IMG/VR virus record: IMGVR_UViG_3300023313_000018
Location: 1-36,551 of that record
DNA: 36,551 bases
Reading direction: 5' to 3' (one strand)
Origin: a virus
The translations under genes were made by a program, and so were the position numbers. A model generated the notes under the pieces. It saw nothing but the letters and a program-made list of their open reading frames with translations, searched no databases and had not been told where the DNA came from. Positions 33,855 through 36,551 of this stretch are shown here, in pieces; within the stretch, counting starts at the first letter, position 1, and every line of letters starts with the position of its first letter.

Positions 33855-34531
33855 TATATTACCTCATTCATTCTTAATGTTACTGTAGAGTCAGAGCTTG
33901 TCGGACTCCATCCTGTCGTTCTAGCTCTTACCTCTATCTGGTCGCCTTTTACATAGGGTATTGGTGTTAGGAATGTAAGAGCAGCACTGTTACCATTAAT
34001 TCCACCCTCAGCATTAATCGCCCCATCAACTATAACTCTTTGACCTGCTATATTATTATTTACGTTGTTTATAGCTACGTAGTAAGAAGCTGATCCTGCG
34101 GTTCTTGTAGGTTCTACTCTTACAGACATTCCCTCGATCACCCCATCATTTAACGCTGTAATTCCATCGTTAGCTGAGTTATGCCCGTAACTAAAACCAT
34201 ATTCATTTCCATTACTAGGAAGATTGGAATGTCCTGCTTGCAACACCCATCTAAATGTAGTTGGCAGTCCAACAAGCTGATTATAACTTACAGAATGTGG
34301 GTTATTAGTATTTGATAGATGCGTATCAATTTGTGTGTGTGTATTCGTCCCAATATTAATTAATTGCGTATGATCTGCGAGAGGTGTTATTGGGTGGGGT
34401 ATTCCATCACTAGACATATAGTAAGGTTTCTTAGTTACTGTATCATCAAAAATATAACGTAGCACCCTTCCTGCACTTGGTGCTGTAGGGTGTACTAGTA
34501 ATACAGGTTGGTCAATAGTTCCATTACTCAT
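33854..34531 (-). CDS. Fibre-like structural protein (225 aa)
   Basis: It contains HTQLINIGTNTHTQIDTHLSNTNNPHSVSYNQLVGLP. This is a His-rich motif of the kind I associate with phage fibre N-terminal regions, recalled from memory and not verified. Confidence 0.55.
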   Translation of the reverse strand: MSNGTIDQPVLLVHPTAPSAGRVLRYIFDDTVTKKPYYMSSDGIPHPITPLADHTQLINIGTNTHTQIDTHLSNTNNPHSVSYNQLVGLPTTFRWVLQAGHSNLPSNGNEYGFSYGHNSANDGITALNDGVIEGMSVRVEPTRTAGSASYYVAINNVNNNIAGQRVIVDGAINAEGGINGNSAALTFLTPIPYVKGDQIEVRARTTGWSPTSSDSTVTLRMNEVI

Positions 34532-34719
34532 AGTATATAAACCTCACCATTAACGATTAAAGCCCCATCAATCTTAGGTGAGTGCATTTGAAGTACCATG
34601 TTACTAGGTACTTCAATGTCACCTTTAGACGTAAAATCGCTACGTGTAAATAGAAACATGTCCCAAATATAGGTCATGCTTCTTTTACCGTTAATTAAAT
34701 TTAGAAATTTTCTAAACAT
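34528..34719 (-). CDS. Hypothetical protein (63 aa)
   Basis: Track ORF with an ATGA overlap to the downstream gene. Confidence 0.5.
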   Translation of the reverse strand: MFRKFLNLINGKRSMTYIWDMFLFTRSDFTSKGDIEVPSNMVLQMHSPKIDGALIVNGEVYIL

Positions 34720-34726
34720 TAAAACC

Positions 34727-35236
34727 TTATAGAGTTATACAATCTTGAATATCTGTATTGATCTCAGTAGCCGAGATTGCAACACCTAATAATTGATGTA
34801 GTTTCCCATCATCTAGTGCGTTGGTAGGATCAAGAGGTGTTTCAATCGTTCCACCTGTTACACCTAGATACTGTCTCGCTCCAATAGTTAAACCAGAAAC
34901 ATTTGCATTGGCCCCTTCAAAAAATACATTAACAACTGCAGGTGCTACAACTGTGTCATTGACATAACCATGCACTGGGCGATTGTTACTATTATCAGCT
35001 TTTCTAGCCTTAACTACACCTAAATCTAGGAAAAGATTAACATAATCACCAGATGTTAAGTCCTCAAAAGTTACAATTGAGGTTACGTCAATGACTGAGA
35101 GCATCGATGGATCAATCTTACCATTAGAACCAAGTGCAACGATCTTACCAGCGTCCGCTACACCTGCACTAACATCATTAGATGCGGTTAAAACTTTCTT
35201 ACCCCCACTTAGGGTCATAAATTTGTTACCAGCCAT
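34727..35236 (-). CDS. Fibre/decoration-like protein (169 aa), paralogous C-terminus with 35248..35676
   Basis: The N-terminus has GKIVALGSNGKIDPSML. The C-terminus RQYLGVTGGTIETPL...EINTDIQDCITL parallels PLYLDVNGNITETAP...EIQISIQDPITL in the neighbouring gene. Confidence 0.55.
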   Translation of the reverse strand: MAGNKFMTLSGGKKVLTASNDVSAGVADAGKIVALGSNGKIDPSMLSVIDVTSIVTFEDLTSGDYVNLFLDLGVVKARKADNSNNRPVHGYVNDTVVAPAVVNVFFEGANANVSGLTIGARQYLGVTGGTIETPLDPTNALDDGKLHQLLGVAISATEINTDIQDCITL

Positions 35237-35247
35237 TTTTTACTCCT

Positions 35248-35676
35248 TTAAAGTGTTATGGGGTCTTGTATACTAATTTGTATCTCACCTAGTCCATTAG
35301 AAGTACCTATCTGTACTCTATACCCTGAAATCGGTGCTGTCTCTGTTATGTTTCCATTTACATCTAAATACAATGGTGCATTCAGTGTAAAGTTTAACGA
35401 ACTATCTACGTATTTTCCAATTATTTGATATTTTATTTTGTTTCCTGTTAAAGCACCTGTGCGAGTAAGCCCTATGACAGTAGCCTCAGACAATGAAACA
35501 TTGTTTTGAGCAAGTGCGACTCCATTTAAAGTTTTGTATACGGCCTTCACTGCGGAAATGTTACCATCTGCAAAGTCACTTTCTATATTGTCATCAAGTA
35601 CAATGTTGCCAGTAATATATACGGGATCAATGGCACTACTATCAATCTTAACTCGTCTTGATATTATAGTCCCCAT
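35248..35676 (-). CDS. Fibre/decoration-like protein (142 aa)
   Basis: Track ORF that shares a C-terminal domain with 34727..35236. Confidence 0.55.
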   Translation of the reverse strand: MGTIISRRVKIDSSAIDPVYITGNIVLDDNIESDFADGNISAVKAVYKTLNGVALAQNNVSLSEATVIGLTRTGALTGNKIKYQIIGKYVDSSLNFTLNAPLYLDVNGNITETAPISGYRVQIGTSNGLGEIQISIQDPITL

Positions 35677-35921
35677 TAACCTAGCTCCTGGATTGTCTTA
35701 GATACTGGCAATAGCTCGTCTAATTGATTTTCTGTAATGTATTGATGGTTCATAAAATCGGCATAAAACCATACAACCCAACTATCACCTTCCACGTAAG
35801 GAGTTTGATAGTTGTATGATTTTGAGTTAATCATATTGTTTAGTGCCTGTAGTTTGATCAAGTTATCTTTGCTACTAGCCTCAATATATATGTTAACTAA
35901 ATTTGGATTAAATGTATCCAT
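35676..35921 (-). CDS. Hypothetical protein (81 aa) downstream of the capsid gene
   Basis: Track ORF, the first gene after the post-capsid hairpin. Confidence 0.6.
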   Translation of the reverse strand: MDTFNPNLVNIYIEASSKDNLIKLQALNNMINSKSYNYQTPYVEGDSWVVWFYADFMNHQYITENQLDELLPVSKTIQELG

Positions 35922-35936
35922 GCAATCCTAATATAA

Positions 35937-35966
35937 GGAGAGTAGCCACGTTTGTAGCTACTCTCC
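35937..35966 (-). terminator. Hairpin downstream of the major capsid gene (probable partial terminator)
   Basis: GGAGAGTAGC and GCTACTCTCC form a 10-bp perfect stem with a 10-nt loop. The sense strand then reads UUAUAUU. It starts 17 nt after the capsid stop codon. Confidence 0.5.
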
Positions 35967-35982
35967 ATTGTTAACTTAAATA

Positions 35983-36551
35983 TTATGCAGTAACAACTGT
36001 AATTCTATTTGTACCCGTTGCAGTAAGTACACCACCATATAGGTGAGAAAGACTATAGTCATCTGATACTTTTAAAGCTTGTTCTTGTCTTAAAAGCATT
36101 GGATTGATTTGTCTAGCAAATGCAGCTGCCGATCTGTGAACAGAAATAAATCCACCTGCAGGTACAGCGATTGAACTAGATTCTACAATTGTAAATCCAT
36201 ATAATCTAGAAACAAATCCAGCCATGATAGGAGCTTCACTTCCATATTTATTTGCGTTGATAACATTATTGTTAGCAAGTAAGCCTTGAACGAATACAGG
36301 TGATGCAATTATGAATCTATCACTGCGTTGAACATTAGCTAAGTCCATTAATGCTTTACTATCAGCAATTGCAGCAAGCTCGTCACCTACGAAATCAATA
36401 GCTAATCCTTTAGTTGAGCCAGTCCCAGCGACCATAAGTCCAAACATAAAGTCATCAATCTCAGCTGCAAGTTCTTTAGAGCCATTTTTAACTGCCTCAG
36501 TGATTGCACTGATTTTAGACTGAATCTCAGCACGTTTAGAAACGGCCCAAG
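35983..36551 (-). CDS. Major capsid protein, 3' part (same gene as 1..386)
   Basis: The track ORF 35983..36447 frame stays open to the right edge of the window. The last 127 nt duplicate 1..127. The stop is TAA at 35983. Confidence 0.7.
   Translation of the reverse strand, partial: WAVSKRAEIQSKISAITEAVKNGSKELAAEIDDFMFGLMVAGTGSTKGLAIDFVGDELAAIADSKALMDLANVQRSDRFIIASPVFVQGLLANNNVINANKYGSEAPIMAGFVSRLYGFTIVESSSIAVPAGGFISVHRSAAAFARQINPMLLRQEQALKVSDDYSLSHLYGGVLTATGTNRITVVTA
36425..36551. repeat. Terminal direct repeat, copy 2 (identical to 1..127)
   Basis: Read directly. Confidence 0.95.

Noticed and set aside
34699-34715. 17-nt palindrome TTTAGAAATTTTCTAAA as a third copy of the regulatory dyad
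   Set aside because: The arms are in the opposite arrangement (TTAGAA before TTCTAA). It also lies inside the first codons of gene 34528..34719. It is probably a coincidence in AT-rich coding sequence.
1-36551. Genome-wide TGA reassignment (genetic code 4 or 25) as the explanation for the terL stop
   Set aside because: All other long ORFs are uninterrupted under the standard code. TGG is used for Trp. TGA closes many genes precisely at ATGA or GTGA stop-start overlaps (1474, 6671, 7155, 7781, 32252, 33219, 34528, 16597). A recoded genome of this size would be expected to show many in-frame TGAs, not one or two.
1-36551. Temperate lifestyle or integrated prophage
   Set aside because: No integrase, recombinase, excisionase, att-like flanks or host genes are present. 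The sequence closes on itself, and the ImmA-like protease alone is not evidence of lysogeny.

Overview
This window is a complete tailed-phage genome rather than a chromosomal segment. Bases 1-127 recur exactly at 36425-36551, so the unique sequence is 36424 bp and was linearised inside the major capsid gene.

The DNA looks AT-rich by eye. Most genes have AAGGAG-like Shine-Dalgarno sites, and many are packed with ATGA, GTGA or TAATG stop-start overlaps.

Two divergent transcription units appear to start near 10.35 kb:
- **Rightward unit (10406-18398):** a replication and recombination module. It holds an SF3 P-loop helicase, a family A DNA polymerase with a 3'-5' exonuclease domain, a lipoprotein metalloprotease, a Cas4-like PD-(D/E)XK nuclease, an SNF2 helicase and a RusA-like resolvase.
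- **Leftward unit (10329 down through position 1, wrapping to 18385):** early accessory genes come first (ImmA-like metalloprotease, C5-MTase-like protein, ParB-fused amino-methyltransferase). Then come terS, terL, portal, two paralogous morphogenesis-like genes, scaffold and capsid. Next are fibre-like and neck genes, the tail tube, G/GT chaperones with a -1 frameshift, and the tape measure. The unit ends with distal tail and fibre genes, a membrane/lipoprotein cassette, an M15 peptidase and a metallophosphoesterase.

The tail-tube, G/GT and tape-measure order indicates a long non-contractile tail. I recognised no integrase, tRNA, rRNA, CRISPR array or IS element.

The two most unusual signals are:
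1. An in-frame TGA sits inside the terminase Walker A motif, on a 6-nt insertion that creates a 12-bp palindrome.
2. A 31-unit hexanucleotide array varies only at the wobble positions of one frame. That frame is reachable only by reading through the TGA of the upstream gene, and an A7 run at the same stop also gives -1 access to a second open frame.

All functional calls rest on motifs I could read in the translations and on gene order. No database search was possible.
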